Of a stretch of DNA of 64,000 nucleotides, positions 12,753-28,500 are shown one piece after another. The notes under the pieces were generated by a model, which did not search any database, was not told the origin of the DNA, and worked only from the letters and a program-made list of their open reading frames with translations. The translations under genes and the position numbers were made by a program. Position 1 is the stretch's first letter, and every line of letters starts with the position of its first letter. Source of the stretch: Paraspadella gotoi (Eukaryota; Animalia; Chaetognatha); assembly GCA_051294375.1 (NCBI GenBank), contig CM119269.1:6185919-6249918 (forward strand), given 5' to 3'.

Positions 12753-14829
12753 ATATTTGTACCAATTTTCTTATTAAACTCATGAATAAAATAAGTAACT
12801 AATCTATATTTTTAAAGACCAGTCTTAATCCTAACCAATTCCGCGTACTTGCATTCACACAGTTTACATTGCATATAGTACAATACTACATTAAGCAATG
12901 CATTAGCATATTATAGTTTGTTACAAAAATTGAACAAATAAAGAATTTATACCCTTAGCTTTTATCTACTTTTTATGCTCGAGGCATTTTTAAAAAAAAT
13001 CTTAATTATTTTTTATCTAACGCTTTGTGAGGAATAGGAATTTTCTAAATCTTTTTTAAAATTTACTATTTTTTATAAAAAGATTGACAAGACAACACTA
13101 ACCTCGCTCACCCCGGAAAAATATTCATAAATTAGCTTAAAAGTAAATAATATTCAAATATATTTATTAAAATTGTAAAATATTTTGTACTAATTAAGTT
13201 AATGTTTTTCTTAAGAAAAATTATTATTTTAATGAAATCATAACTATATGTTCTGATATTTAAATTTATTTATTTATGATGAGGTAAAACAAGTAATCTT
13301 GTAACTTTCATAAAATGTTGGTACTCGAGTACTCTAATAATAACCATCAAACTATCTTCAATTTCAGTATACTCGCTAAGTTAGGACCTAATTACTTGAT
13401 AAAATTGGTTCGGGAAGACAGCAAATTACGAGCAAATTTATTTTTTCCCGGGTTTAAAAAAGTACGTAATTATTAATATTAAATAGTTCTTAACATTTTA
13501 ACAGAATAAAAAGGCGAGAACACAAGAATACATCTTCCGCCTGTTTCTTTGACAATTAATCTCACATTATATACCATGCTCACGAATTTAAAAGCCGACT
13601 AAACACTGTAAATAAAACAGCTTGGAACTAAAACAGCGGCTATATGCGTGTAAAAGTCAAAACGATGCGATTGTTGCCAAAAATTCAGAAGCTGACAAGA
13701 ACAACTTCTCCAATTACAAGTATTTACCAGTTATCACATCTTTGAAAGCTTTAACCAATATTTAAAAGCTAAACTCCGATGTCATTTCTGATAAAATGTT
13801 AATCAAATCTAATGTGACCAATCCCTTAACTTTCGGAATTACCTTCATGATTTCGCGCTGGACACAGAACAAGGAGTTATCAGAAAATCTATCCACAACA
13901 ATTTTCGAAATGGGCGCATTTACAGAGTTCAAGAGCTACATCCAAAAAAGAACACAAAATATTTTAAAAACGATTAAAATCAAAGAATCTTTAATAAAAA
14001 AAAATTATTAAACTTACTTATTTACAAACACGAAAAATGACATTTGATATATAAACTTAATGAGTGATAATTTAACACATTTTTTAGGGAAACAATACTT
14101 AGATTAAAATTTTGATAGTTTTTGGATTCAGCTTGTCAACCCTGAATCTCATAATAATATTTGAGTTTTTGGTATTAGCGATTGCCAAGAGCTGTCAAAG
14201 AAAAAAAAAATAAAGATAGGTAAACAAGGAAGCAAATAATTTAGAGAAAGGAATGGAGCTAAGCACGAACTAAACGTTGGAACGGATACGATCAAAGCCT
14301 TTTAACTTTAAATTAAAGTCGCAAGAATTTCATTACGTCGCACACATTAGAAATTCCGTCCCTCATGGCAAAAAAAAAAAAAAAAGGAAAAAAATAATGC
14401 AATTGAATTATATGGTTTTAAAAGAACAAAACAGGCCAATCTGCACAGGCTCGTAAACAAAAAAAAATTCACAAAGTGATATTTAAAAAAAAGTTAAAAT
14501 TATCAAAGATTCGAGAGCGAAAGCGTAGACGCTTAGCGAGAGCCGAGGGAAGGACACGAGGCAAGAAACGAACAAAACAAGAATTGCTACGAACCCATCG
14601 AAAACTCGAGACTAGGAAACGCGTCTTCAAGCCAGACAAAGAATTAATCAATCTGATCGAGGATGCGACAAAGAGTTAGCGTTCCGCCCTTTTTATTTTC
14701 GACCACCGGAATTAATGGCAAGGAGTGGTGGTGGCTTTTATTTTTCGGATTCGCTACGAGGGGAGTCGTAACATTGTCGTAACCTTTAGCCCCTCCGCCA
14801 GTCTCTCGCCCAGCGTCTCAACCGACTCT

Positions 14830-16470
<1,641 letters not shown>

Positions 16471-18574
16471 CCTGGCAAAAAAAAAGTAATATCGATATAA
16501 TTTTTTTTTCATATAATTAATATAAAAAATTATTTAAACGTTTTTAACACTTTTCACACTTTTTTAGATATAAAAAAAATCAAACTAAGAACTTAAAAAA
16601 TTAATAACAAAAATCAATAACTTCCAAAATAAATTTTGATTGAAACATAAATTTTGGGACTTACTTTGGCAAGGTAGTATTACTTTTTGAGTAGTAATAA
16701 ACAACTCAATATCTAAAAACGCCGAATTTCGGAGTTTATCAGAAACTCGCAAAGGATGGACGTTCGGCGGGTCTTTCTCGAATGTGCTCTCATCAGATTA
16801 TTCCGCCAAATTAAAAGCATGAATATTTTTTACAATAAAGGTTACAACTTCGTTTTTTTAAAGGTAAGACAAATTTAAATGCAAAATTTCAACGAATATG
16901 CTGTTTATCGGGATGAGAAGACTCACTATATTCTTTTCACAAACCAAAAAAGTAGTTCTTAGGAAGACCGATTTACTTTTGTAATTTTACGCGTTGACGG
17001 GGGCCACAAACGTGAGTTCAGCCGAAGGTGCTGCTCTTGCGTTGCCAGGCAACGTGATTAATCATTGGATTGTGGATCGTTCACATTGGTTGCGTAGAAA
17101 ATAGGAGAATAGGGAGAGTAGAAAATGAAGATGAGAAACAATCAGATTAAGAAAACTCGAATGAATGGGCATGATGATAAATGTAAACACTAAACACTCA
17201 CTCACTTTAGTTTAGGATGTAATATTTCCATTAAGATAACAGATTTATTAGTATTAATTGGTCTTTATTAGGTATCGAGTTTAGAAAATTGACTAAATCT
17301 TATAGCCTATACAGTGAAAAAACAAGAAAGTTACAATTTTCAAAAGCTAATAGGTTCGTTATGAATATTATTTTAATTAATTAATTAATTAATAGTATAT
17401 TTTCTCCCCTTCGGCTCAGCTCTCTTACCAGCTCTTGGCAAGTTGCCCTTGAATGAATTTCATTTTCATGACGGTGTTCGCGTGTCGTGATTTTTGATTT
17501 TTTTTCTTGCACAATGTAGAGACCGTGGTTGCTGGTATCAAAGTCTGTTTTAGCATTTGGGTTTCTCGATCACATTTATTACTGAACAAAATTACTACCC
17601 CTAGTGATAAAAATAAAAACTTCATCATTCTTCGTTAACAGCGAAATTTTGCGACGTTGTTCAGCAAGTTTTCATCACTGTGATTTCCACGCTGTTAATA
17701 ATACTATTTACTGATACATGCGTAAAAAATACTAATAAATGCCTAAAGACGATAATGATCATCAATTTCATCGCTGCACTTTCCTATTGTCGAATTCTAC
17801 ATCAAATGTAAAATGTCCTTCTCCTAAGCTCAATTGTCAGCATTTACTTGATCGGTGTAGTAATTATCTTCAAGTTTGAGAATACAACCCACTGAAGTAA
17901 GTTTGTCTTCTGAACCACGATAATTGATTCGAAAGTTACGACGGCAAAAAGGTTAAACTTAATTAGTTAACGTTTACTTCCTCTCGCCACTGCCCACTGC
18001 CCAGTACCCTCAGGTTCCCTTCGCAATTGACGAGGCTGATGTTAGATGTGTGTAATTTTGTGTCTTCTACACTGATACAAACATCGCTTCAATAATGGCG
18101 ACATCATCCGAAACCGCCAGAAAAATAATGTAAATAGCGGTGATTGATTGGCAATTGATTATACTGAGCTATCACTCAAATTTTCGTCCGTCTGAGCGCT
18201 TTTTTCTTTTAACATTCAGCTTTATTAACCCTATAAGTATAACTTAAATTCTGCTACAAAACCCAAGAAAAAGGAGTAACTAATAAGTTAAGAAAATTCA
18301 ATTACATTGTGACAATTTGAAACCCACCGCTAGAATAAAGTTGCCGTTTTCAATTACGTAATGATTTTAAAAATCTTGAGAGCTAGTTTTGTAGAAAAGA
18401 ACCAACCCATTTACAACATTTAGATTATGTGTACAAATTTCATATTAATCGGTTTTGATTTGTCTTTGATAGCAAAAAGAAAGATTTGAAAATGGTCGCT
18501 CATTTTTATTTATATATTTTTTTATTCAACTTTTTATCAAACTAGAAAATAAAAGAAACTATGAATATAAAATA

Positions 18575-18622
<48 letters not shown>

Positions 18623-19187
18623 AAACTGTATTGTAGGCCCTTGGCCTTAGGGAGTAAAGAAAGACGAGGAGAAAGAAACTTTATTCAACTCTTTTCGGAA
18701 TAAAGATATTTGTAGCGATGAAATTGTATTAGGATTAGGTGTTCACTACTTAGTGACCAGCTGATGAATGCGATTATTGTGTCTCGACTAGGGGTAACCT
18801 CACTCAATGGGGTGAGTCAAACGAAAATTTATCCATTTTTAGGTACACTTTCAATGAACAAAAACTTTCTTATATGGCTCGAGACCCTCGTAATCAATTT
18901 TTTAAAATTTATTTATAGATAAAAAGACTAAAAATTATTTTGAAAAATTGTAATCATAATATAATTTTAAAATTATATTTTAAAAACAGATTCAGACTTT
19001 CCGTAGTTGTCTACACAAAGTATAATTCTTTTTTAAATATTTTGATGATAAATGGGTCAAAAATAAGAAAAGTTATAAAAAGCATTATCATCTTTTGATA
19101 TTTTTATCAGTTTATTAAATTTGTACAGAGAAAAAAATAGAATTTAAAAATGTTGTAATTAAATTTTGTTAAACTTTTTCTGCTTAA

Positions 19188-22100
19188 GGGGACCAAGTGT
19201 ACAGGGGGGGTAAAAAGCTGAAAACATAACGTTTGGACCCTTAACTTAAGCTGTTCTGATCATATAATTTTTTTTTCTATAATCATTTGGGAAAGGTTGT
19301 TAAAAAATTCGATAAATCAGTGAGCTTAATTTTCTTTAAAAATCGTAAGAAGAAAATCTTTTTCAAGTTTAAAATTTTTTTTTCCAAAAAAGGGTAAGAT
19401 CTAATTTTAAAAAGATTTTCAGCTTTTATCACAAAAATTTATACAAAAAAATAAGAATGAATCAAAATTTAAGGTATCGACTGATTTTATTTAAACTTTC
19501 TTTTAAATGATTCTGTTAATTGGATGAAAATAAAACTCTTTGAAGTAATATAAATATAAAAGAAGAGAAAGATTCTGTACTTTTGCTAAATTTTTAATTG
19601 TTATAATTAGGAATCAATATAGTTTAATTATACATTTAAGGGATGAATATGAATATTAATTAACAATTATTGTAAAGTCCTGACGACCACTTATTATTCA
19701 ATACGGCCCGTTCGGTCAGGCGGCCCTCGGGGCCGGTCTGCTGTCCGTCCGGCTGCGAAAGAAGCTGCATTAAATAAGACTTTAATATTGTATAAAGAGT
19801 GTAAACATTTCTCATTCACGTTTTGGATGGATATAAGAAAGAGCTGCTTAAACTTTGTGATCTATTGCGTTTTATTACTTTTTCCTTTGCGAATGATTGT
19901 GATTAATATTTATTATGTCTACTGTGAAGTCAAATATAGATCATTACAATTGTTCGCCGGTAAGAACAGCTGATATCTATATGCTTTGATTATTTTATTA
20001 AGGTACCATTAAACATCAGACGACGTTTCATTAGGCATAACGAAACATTATTATATTAACTTTCGGCGCGCCGCCCCCCGGGTTTGAGAGTGGTTCCGTC
20101 CGACGTCTTCTCCCTCTCCGCTAGGTCGAGAGGGGGGTTCTTCATCTGTGCGTCTTACGCCGGGAAACACGTCTCAAAACGGCGTGGAGGATCGCGATTC
20201 ACGCGGGAAGAAACTTTATATATGTCAGATAAGAAACTTTTACATGAATTCGTTGCTTCGTGGATTGTAGTCTAAGGAGCAGAGCCACGTGGGATAGGGC
20301 GAGGGTAACAGAAACTATCTCTGGATCGTGCTGCTCGCGTATTAGCAACGTCCTTGCACTAGCAAGCTACAGTGTAGCTCCCTGATGTAACGTGTTCAAG
20401 TAAGAGTTATTCCTTCGCATTTGTTTTCATTACGCAAATTTAATTTTCATTGCGAAGAACGATTAAAAAAAAAAATTTTAATTATTCAACTATACCGGGA
20501 GCGGAAAAAAAAAAAATAAATAACCAGCAAATAGATTTCAATTAATAGCCACGTGGACGTCTTGTTTAAATATTAATACACATTTTGAAACAGTTTTTAT
20601 TCGGTGAAGGTTTGAAGGTACAATTTACAAAGAGATATTCCGTACCTCTCCATGCTCCCGCCCATAATCAACACGCTTGATACGTCATTACCGTTTGGTT
20701 GAGCCAAACAATTGGGTATACGCACGGTTGTTGACCCGGAGTCTTTGAACTAGGCCATAATTTAATTAATAATAAAAAACCTAAAAATAATAATAAGCAT
20801 ATTTTAACATTAAGTCATCATTAATTTAATAAAAATTTCTCTTTTATTTAAACTAGAGAGAAGCTCTTTTTCTCTTCTCACTGATTTGTTCAAGGTTCGA
20901 TATGGCAGATGAGGATCCGATCCGCGCACTGACGCAGGCAATTAGAGAGATGGGCGACCAATCCAGGTCAAATAATTCGGCGGACCATTCGTGGCTAGCT
21001 GACGCGGAACCAGTCGAGACCGAGAGTGAGAAGCATTCCAGGAAAGATGTTTGCGATGAGGGATGATTGGACTGTTCGTACTCATTTCGTGGAAAAAAAA
21101 ACGACGTGCCGTTTATCATTACGAGACCGACGATGAGAGATTGGACCGAGAATGTTGTACATGGATAGCATCAAAGATAGAACCAGATACGGCGTTGACT
21201 ATTTCAAATATACCCGCCGAGGATAAGAGGAGTGGACGAGACTGGATGCGGCTTTGGCTACCGCTTTCGTCAATGAGGTCGAAAAAACAAAAATTCTTGA
21301 CAAATTTAGATGCATTTCAGCGTGGGAAAAGAACGTTGCGTCAATATCGGGAGAGATGCTGAGACTTACCCGTACATATCAGCCCACTCTCAGTGAGGTA
21401 CCAGAAGAATTTCAAAGCAACTGGTCAAGAGATTTTTATTGAGGGTTTGGCCGATAAATAAGCTACAGGATAAACTAAGTTTCATTGTAGAAGAGAGCGC
21501 GAGACTCTCGATGAAGCTTTTAACTACGCCTGGATTGGAAGCATCCAGACCAGGGGAAACGATTTCAGACCCAGGGGTGGTGTCTCAAGGATTGTTGGCG
21601 GCACAAGTGCGGCACCAGCGGCAAGGGAACAATCCAATCCGGTTAACGAGTAACGAGTACTTGGACCTGAAGCATAAAATAAAGATAAATGAAATGGCGA
21701 TACCAAAGAGTGGAAGCGTCTCAAGCCGCGACGCAGGATTCGATGACGATAATGAAGAAGGAGATGGAGGAAGGTTCACCAAGATGACCACGCTATAAAG
21801 ATCTACAGACGTCTCTGACTGGAGCATCTGGAGTCACGTACTCACGTGCACTCCATCGACACAGTGCAGAAGACCGTACCGAGGTTTTGGGCGCAGGTGG
21901 ATTCCCTAGAGGATTCCAGGCAACTGGACAGTCACAAAGGTTCATCACTCCCGGAACCACCCTGCTTCAGCCACAGCACCACCAGCAATAGCAGCAGCAT
22001 CAAGAGAAATAGATAATTCAGAGAATCAGTTTAATGAAGCGGTGCTGCGGAGCAAGCAAATGTCATCCATTTACCCATCCTTGCATGGAGGCCGGGCAGG

Positions 22101-25067
22101 CTGCATATGATTACAACCAAGAATGGAATAATTTCCAGAGCCCGGAGGTCGGTCGTTATGGATATGTGTACATTCCAGACGGAGTGTGGTCCCTGGCGCG
22201 GGTTTTTTGGATAGCCAGTGCTGCAACCAGGGAAGCCACTGGGAAGATCCAAACCCTGGACGAAAAAAACGATTGCAGATGATCAGTTAACTTAAAAATA
22301 GGATCCACCACATAACCACATTAATAGATACAGGTGCTGAAGGAGGAAAATTGTATAGATGAGGAAACATTATGTCTATTACCTCCCCTCCAAAGTACGG
22401 TTATTGAATGATAAACCCGCCTTATGCATAAGTATAAACAAATGCCCAATTAAATCCACAGGAAAGGCCTTGTCGATTTCCAAATAGGAGACAATAATAA
22501 ACACTTTAGACAGAATTTAACATTGTTCCTAACTTGGTTTACCCCGTGGTTATCGGGTTACCCATTTTTGGAACAACACAAAGCAGTTATAGATTTCACT
22601 ACTAAGCAGTTACCTTTGATCAGGTAAGAATTTCACTGTATCGTCCACCACTCCTGTTGAGCCTCCCCACCACCTCATCTAGCTTTTGAGTCAGTAACAC
22701 TACCCCACTAACGCGGAATCTAGTGAAGGTTTATTGGCGGACCCACAGCAAGTAGGACTGACAATAATAACATCCATATGCCATATATGCACGGACCCTT
22801 TTCATCTGAGTATCACAAAGAAGTACCACAAGTTGCAGGGCACACAGTGCTGACCCAAGAAATGAAATAATGACTTAGAAATTTTTAATCAATGGCCTTC
22901 TAAGATAATATTAGCGCGGAACGCCGGTTGCATTGGTTGATACCATCAACCCAATGGTCGTCGACATCCCACTACCGGCAGACTGTTTGGATGCGGGCCG
23001 AGAAGTCCAGTCAAGGCGCCAGACGCCGACTGAAGGCTTGCCGATAGCGTCCCTAGCTGTTAGGTATGGCTTTGTCGACGACGAGCAACCAGGTGAGAGA
23101 TTCCCTTGGTTCTAACAATGGAATTGCAAAAAAATTGATCAGATCGGTTGGAACTCGATCTTTGATTGGGGTGAGTTGGTACGGATATAGGAAGTTGTAT
23201 TCAATGGATATATTTATTTCACGTAAGTTCACACTGTATGAAAGCATTCTGCGATCATTTCATTGCTAATATTTCCCCTATATAATAATCTTTGTATATA
23301 ATTTTAATATCGGTTCCAAAGAGCCAAGCTCGGTTGAAGGCATTAGGGAGATATAGAGCTTTTAAGAATTTTAACATTTTGTAAATAGAGTGCACCCAAA
23401 ATGAACAACTAAAAAGAAAAACCAAACAAAAAATTAGACAAAAAAATATCACAAGTTATCTTATTCATCGTTTTTTTTTAAATTCTGAATGTTACAAATT
23501 CATGCTCATGAAATCACAGATCATAAAAAGAAATGCTGGTTAAAGGCCAGTGAGGGGTCGAAGAGTCCGTATTCACCTCACTGTCATGGTGAGAGTGCGT
23601 GCTGTAATGGCACAATACTCCTCGACGATTGCCTCATGGCGAAGAAGCAAGTACACATAGAATTCAAGAGTGAAATGAAGTTTAAAATACCTACATTAAT
23701 TCAAAATCAAATTTATGTACCAGAACATATAAGAAAAAAAAAACACTGAAACTAAATCACGAGGAACACTACGGACTCTAAATAAATTTGTTGTCCCCGG
23801 CGATTCTAGGGAAGCATGGATACCTCTTCTATTTCTTTTGGATCCATATACAATTTCTTTTCGATGCATAAATGATCTCTTGGCATATAAAATAACTGTT
23901 GAAACCTGTCCTCTGCTTGGGACTAGGAGTATGATCTTTATCTTTTTCTGGGACCCGTACCACTCTGTTTTGCCGTAAAGAAAGCGGAATTAAAAAAGAG
24001 ATCCTAACTTCGTCCTTTGACAATTAGTGAGTACTTTGTGAGAATTTGATTAAAATCCCGCGTGGCACATAAGAGCACCGATGCGTAAGACAGCATGGTC
24101 AGTGAATGAAAAATCCAAGATGGTACCGTTAAGGATGGCATCCAGAATACACCCTGCTGCCCTGCTTGTCCTGAGGACAGGATCTTGGTGGGTGCGGAGG
24201 AGCTGTAAAGTCCTACGACCACTTATTATTCAATACGGCCCGTTCGGTCAGCGGGCCCGTCGTTGCTGTCCGTCGGCTGCGGAAAGAACTGCATGTAAAA
24301 CAAAAGATTTTAATATTGTATAAAGAGTGTAAACATTTCTCATTCACGTTTTGGGAATGGATATACGGAAAGAGCTGCTTAACTTTGTGATCTATTGCGT
24401 TTTATTACTTTTTTCCTTGCGAATGATTGTGATTAATATTTATTATGTTACTGTTGAATATTCATTAGATATTACATTGTTCGCCGGTAAGAACAGCTGA
24501 ATATCTATATGCTTTGATTATTTTATTAACGGTACCATTAAACATCAAGACGTTTCATTAGGCATAAGAAACATTATTATATTAACTTTCTGGCGCCGCC
24601 GCCCCCCGGGTTTTGAGAGTGGTTCCGTGTCCCGACGTCTTCCCCTCCCGCTAGGTCGAGGAGGGGGGTTCTTTCATTATTACAGTTTTGTTTCTGTAAG
24701 AATAAAATTTAGGTTTGATTTGTCTGCTTTTAAGTAAATATAAAAATAAAAAAATATTAATCTTGTAAAGCCTTTGTCAATGAGGCTTAAACCTAAAATT
24801 ATAGCTTTGTACAGTAAAAAATAAAAAATTGAAATTAGTAAAAAATACTTTCTAATGCAAAAATAAAATAATGGATTATATAAATATTTAGGTAGGGTCA
24901 ACTAAATTTTTTTTTCATAATTATTAAATTTTTGTTTCCGCTACAATAAGAGATAAGAATTTTTTTGCCACTTTCCCGTGCAAAAAAAATTAATGACTAT
25001 CACCATTCAAATTCCTTTGATGATAGACCCTTAAGCCTTATGATATCATTTTTATCACTGGGTCCCC
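19188..25067. mobile_element. Possible TTAA-flanked non-autonomous DNA element (Kolobok-like GG termini) interrupted by the LTR element
   Basis: ttaa|ggggaccaagtg at 19184 and cactgggtcccc|ttaa ending 25071. Confidence 0.4.
19671..24676 (+). mobile_element. Ty3/Gypsy-type LTR retrotransposon, degenerate or non-autonomous
   Basis: Direct LTRs 19671-20144 and 24204-24676 (TG...CA), 4-bp TSD ttat on both sides, G-rich tract before the 3' LTR. Gag-like frameshifted ORFs ~20900-22250; protease LIDTGA at 22321; integrase-like SPYSPHCHGES..NGTIL at ~23565; no RT motif seen. Confidence 0.9.
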
Positions 25068-25582
25068 TTAAACAGAAACTATTAAAAATTTTAATATTTA
25101 AAAAAAATTATATAGATTAAAGTAATATAATTTTAATTGAGCTAGAACCCTCAGCCGATCAAATTTAATAGCAAAGTTTTACAGTATTAAAATAATCTAT
25201 CAGAAGCATAGATTACAGATAGATTATTTTAATGCGGTAAAACTTAGCTATTAAATTTGATCGGCTATTCCAAGTTGGCTATGGCTATGGCTATGGCGAG
25301 CAAACGCCCATGAAGATTATCTTCCCAATTGATAAAAGCCATCATGCAACCTATTCGATACAGCTTTGAGAGCAATCTCTCATAACAATCTATCTCCGTC
25401 GTTCGTGTTGCCTTTTTCGACTGTTGTCCAGGAGAGAAATGAAATAAACTCAAATCCGTTACTAAGCTATGATGTTGGGCACTCCATTTTTTTGTTCGCT
25501 CAATTCTGCAAAGAATTTATGTTTGTAATCAACAACTAGACAAATTGAATCTTTTCTATTTTTGCTCTCGGGAAAAAACGAG

Positions 25583-28500
25583 ATGTCAACTGCTTCGGAA
25601 AGGCCCGAGGCTCGAAGATCGAGCGAAGACGCGATCGTATCGAGCGATTTTGGTCTCCGACGATCGGACAAGTTTCACTTCAAACCGGCGCTGCCTTTCG
25701 TGCTTAGCGACTATTTGACGACCGAGGAAAGGGCGAGGGAAAGATCAAGGCGTCAGCTAGCGGTGAGACGAGGTTTAACTTGAGAGAATTCCAATCGAAA
25801 GGAGAAAGTTCTAAACATGAATGGTTATTTCAATGTGTTGCGCTACTGTAACTTTCTTATCGCGTATGTTTCCGGGCGATCACGTGATAAAAAGTCAGTT
25901 TGGTGATTTGTTATTATAAAAAAAATCTCACATAAAACCTAACCTATTTATTTATCAACAAAATTGTCTTTCGTGATTTTTTTCCCCCAAGCTGAAATTT
26001 TTATTTTTAATAGATTATAAAGGGAAAACGTAATGATTATTATCAAGTCTTATTCAAAATGTAAATTTTTTTTTATATTCTGGTTCGTGATACATTTCCT
26101 ACTGGATATTATTAATTATAAAAATGAAGCATGAAAAACATTTTAATTATTTTAATGAGAACTGAAGGATTTTTAGTAAGATCCACTTTCAAAGTAAAAA
26201 TTTTAAAGTAAAAAATTCTTCTTCAGAAATAATAATAATATAGCAACTATCCTAGCTAGAATGTTACTAATTGGTGGGGATAAAAATCAAATATTTTTCT
26301 ATTAGTATGAAAAAATTTTATAATTTGATTGCTCTTCGTTTCGATTATATTTTTTCGTATCAGTCCAGATTGAAGTCTACAGCCAATTTAACGCCTAATC
26401 CACAGTACCATGGTACCTTACCTTCTTACCAAATATGAACTTAATTGATAAAATATTATTTTTGTAATGAGTATTCAAAACGTGTAACAGAATAATCACC
26501 GAAAAGTAACTTATTGAATACTTCCATTTTTTTTCTGCAATAGTCTAGTTTTGAGTCACTTTCAATAAAATTCAATAAGAAAATTATTTTCCTCCAAAAC
26601 AAGTGAACTTATGTAAATTGAGACTATTGATTAATGATTATCCCTATCAGATGTCAATGAAGCTCGGAACGGAATCGGACAACGAAAAGGAAGAATCCAT
26701 TTTCGATCCGGCCGCCAGCGTCCGGTCTAAGCTCCGACCACAGAGTGAGTACTGACGAAGTATTATAGTCCGAAAAGAAATTCTTTGAATAGACTTATAG
26801 TCTTATTACTTTGCAGGTGGGAGCAACTTCCTTGAGCCGCCTTCGCTCACAGAAACGGGATATCAAAGCCGCGCGAGTTTGCGGATGACTTTGGAGCAGA
26901 CGGGAGGTATCCCTCTACTTTCTTAATACCCTGTCCCAGTGTCCCATTCCTCTGCCTCTATTTAATTTACTCTCTGATTAATGTTCCCAGGTTCGAGGTC
27001 TACTTATGAAACTGCTTCAACCTTTTTCGAAGAAGAACCCAAAACCATAAATTACAAGAACTTCAAAGTTTTGTCGATGGATGAAGAAAATCGAAAGAAG
27101 GAAGAGGAAACGAGAAAAGAGGTGAGGAATTGGTAATGCTTATTGACAAGCTTGTTATAAGACATTTGAGTATATTCTAGCTTGGGTTGGGTTTTTGTCC
27201 ATTTAATAATTTGTCCATTTCCACATTCGGTTCTTGAACAGAGGAATCTCCAAACGTTATCTGATCTAGAGAAATTAAAGAAGTATTATTATAACGAGTA
27301 CATGGGAGCATTGCGGTCAAAAATTGATAAACAAAAACAAACGATAAAGAAGAAAGAAGAAAACCTAAGCAAGAAAATGATAATGAGAGAGGAGAAAAAG
27401 GTGAGTTCGCCGAAATTTTATAATTCTTTTACTAAATTAAACGAATAAAAGTAATAAACTTTTATTTTACATTTCAGCGAAGAGACAATTTGACTCCGCG
27501 AGGAGAATACGTTCCCGTTTCGAAAAAGAGGCACAATTTTCTCAAGCGGATACCAAAATCTCATTACTACTTGGTAAAATTCAAAGCAGCATGAAAGACT
27601 TATTTATTGGTAATTATTATGATAATAATAGATCATCGGTTTGGAAGATCAACTCCGTCAACAAGGGAAGTTAAAAAGCCAGAGCGACTATGACGAATTT
27701 TGGGAGACGATTCAAACGCCGGAAATTTATTCGAGATTTTTTCGAAACGTCGACCAAATGGGTAACGATAGCGTTTCGTTAATAGTAGATAATGTATCTA
27801 TGTAAGTAAATGTAAATAAAAGGAACCAAAGAGAAACAGGAAATAAAACTGTAAAGAAAAAACGAGGAACAAATTATAATTAAGGCACATAATATAAAGT
27901 AAACGTAAAAGTAAGAAACTAAAATAAGGATTATATTGGTTGCACTAATTTTATACAATTTTGATCAGGCACAACTCTTCGCTCATCAATCTCTGACTTA
28001 CCTGGATCTTCAACTGCGAAAACTAAAGGAGGGAAGTTAGGCGTCTTGCAACATTTTCAACCAATGGTGAGAATCGAGAAACCAAAAAAAAAATTGGACT
28101 GAGAGAATATAAAAAAAATAATATGGCTTGATGCAGGTGCAAATTCGTGAATCAACCATCGAAGACGATGACAATATTGAAAAATATCCTGAAAACGGAT
28201 CGTTAAAGCTTTCGTCGGCAAGAAGATCCATTGCGAGTCATAAAACGGTATCTATTGTAATCAAACCCTTTTTACTATTAAGATCCTGTCGTTGTTGTAA
28301 ATAAAGTAAATATTTACTTCCTTCTTCTACGATTAATATTAACAAATGTATTAACATTAACATTAATTCCTTAGGGATCGGCCACGCCCACTACGCCAAG
28401 TCTTCCGCGGAGAGGTTCCATCGGAAGCTTCGCTCGAGCCGCTGCCATTGCCCTTGATCAAAAATATCCAAAGGTTAAATTTATTTGTTTGTCGCAGAAA

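Noticed and set aside
13720-14045. Minus-strand donor/acceptor chain suggesting a small gene
   Set aside because: All frames stop in the next exon, so no coherent CDS; may be non-coding or chance.
26907-26990. Intron starting gtatccct (U12-like donor)
   Set aside because: Does not match RTATCCTT and has no TCCTTAAC-type branch site near the acceptor.
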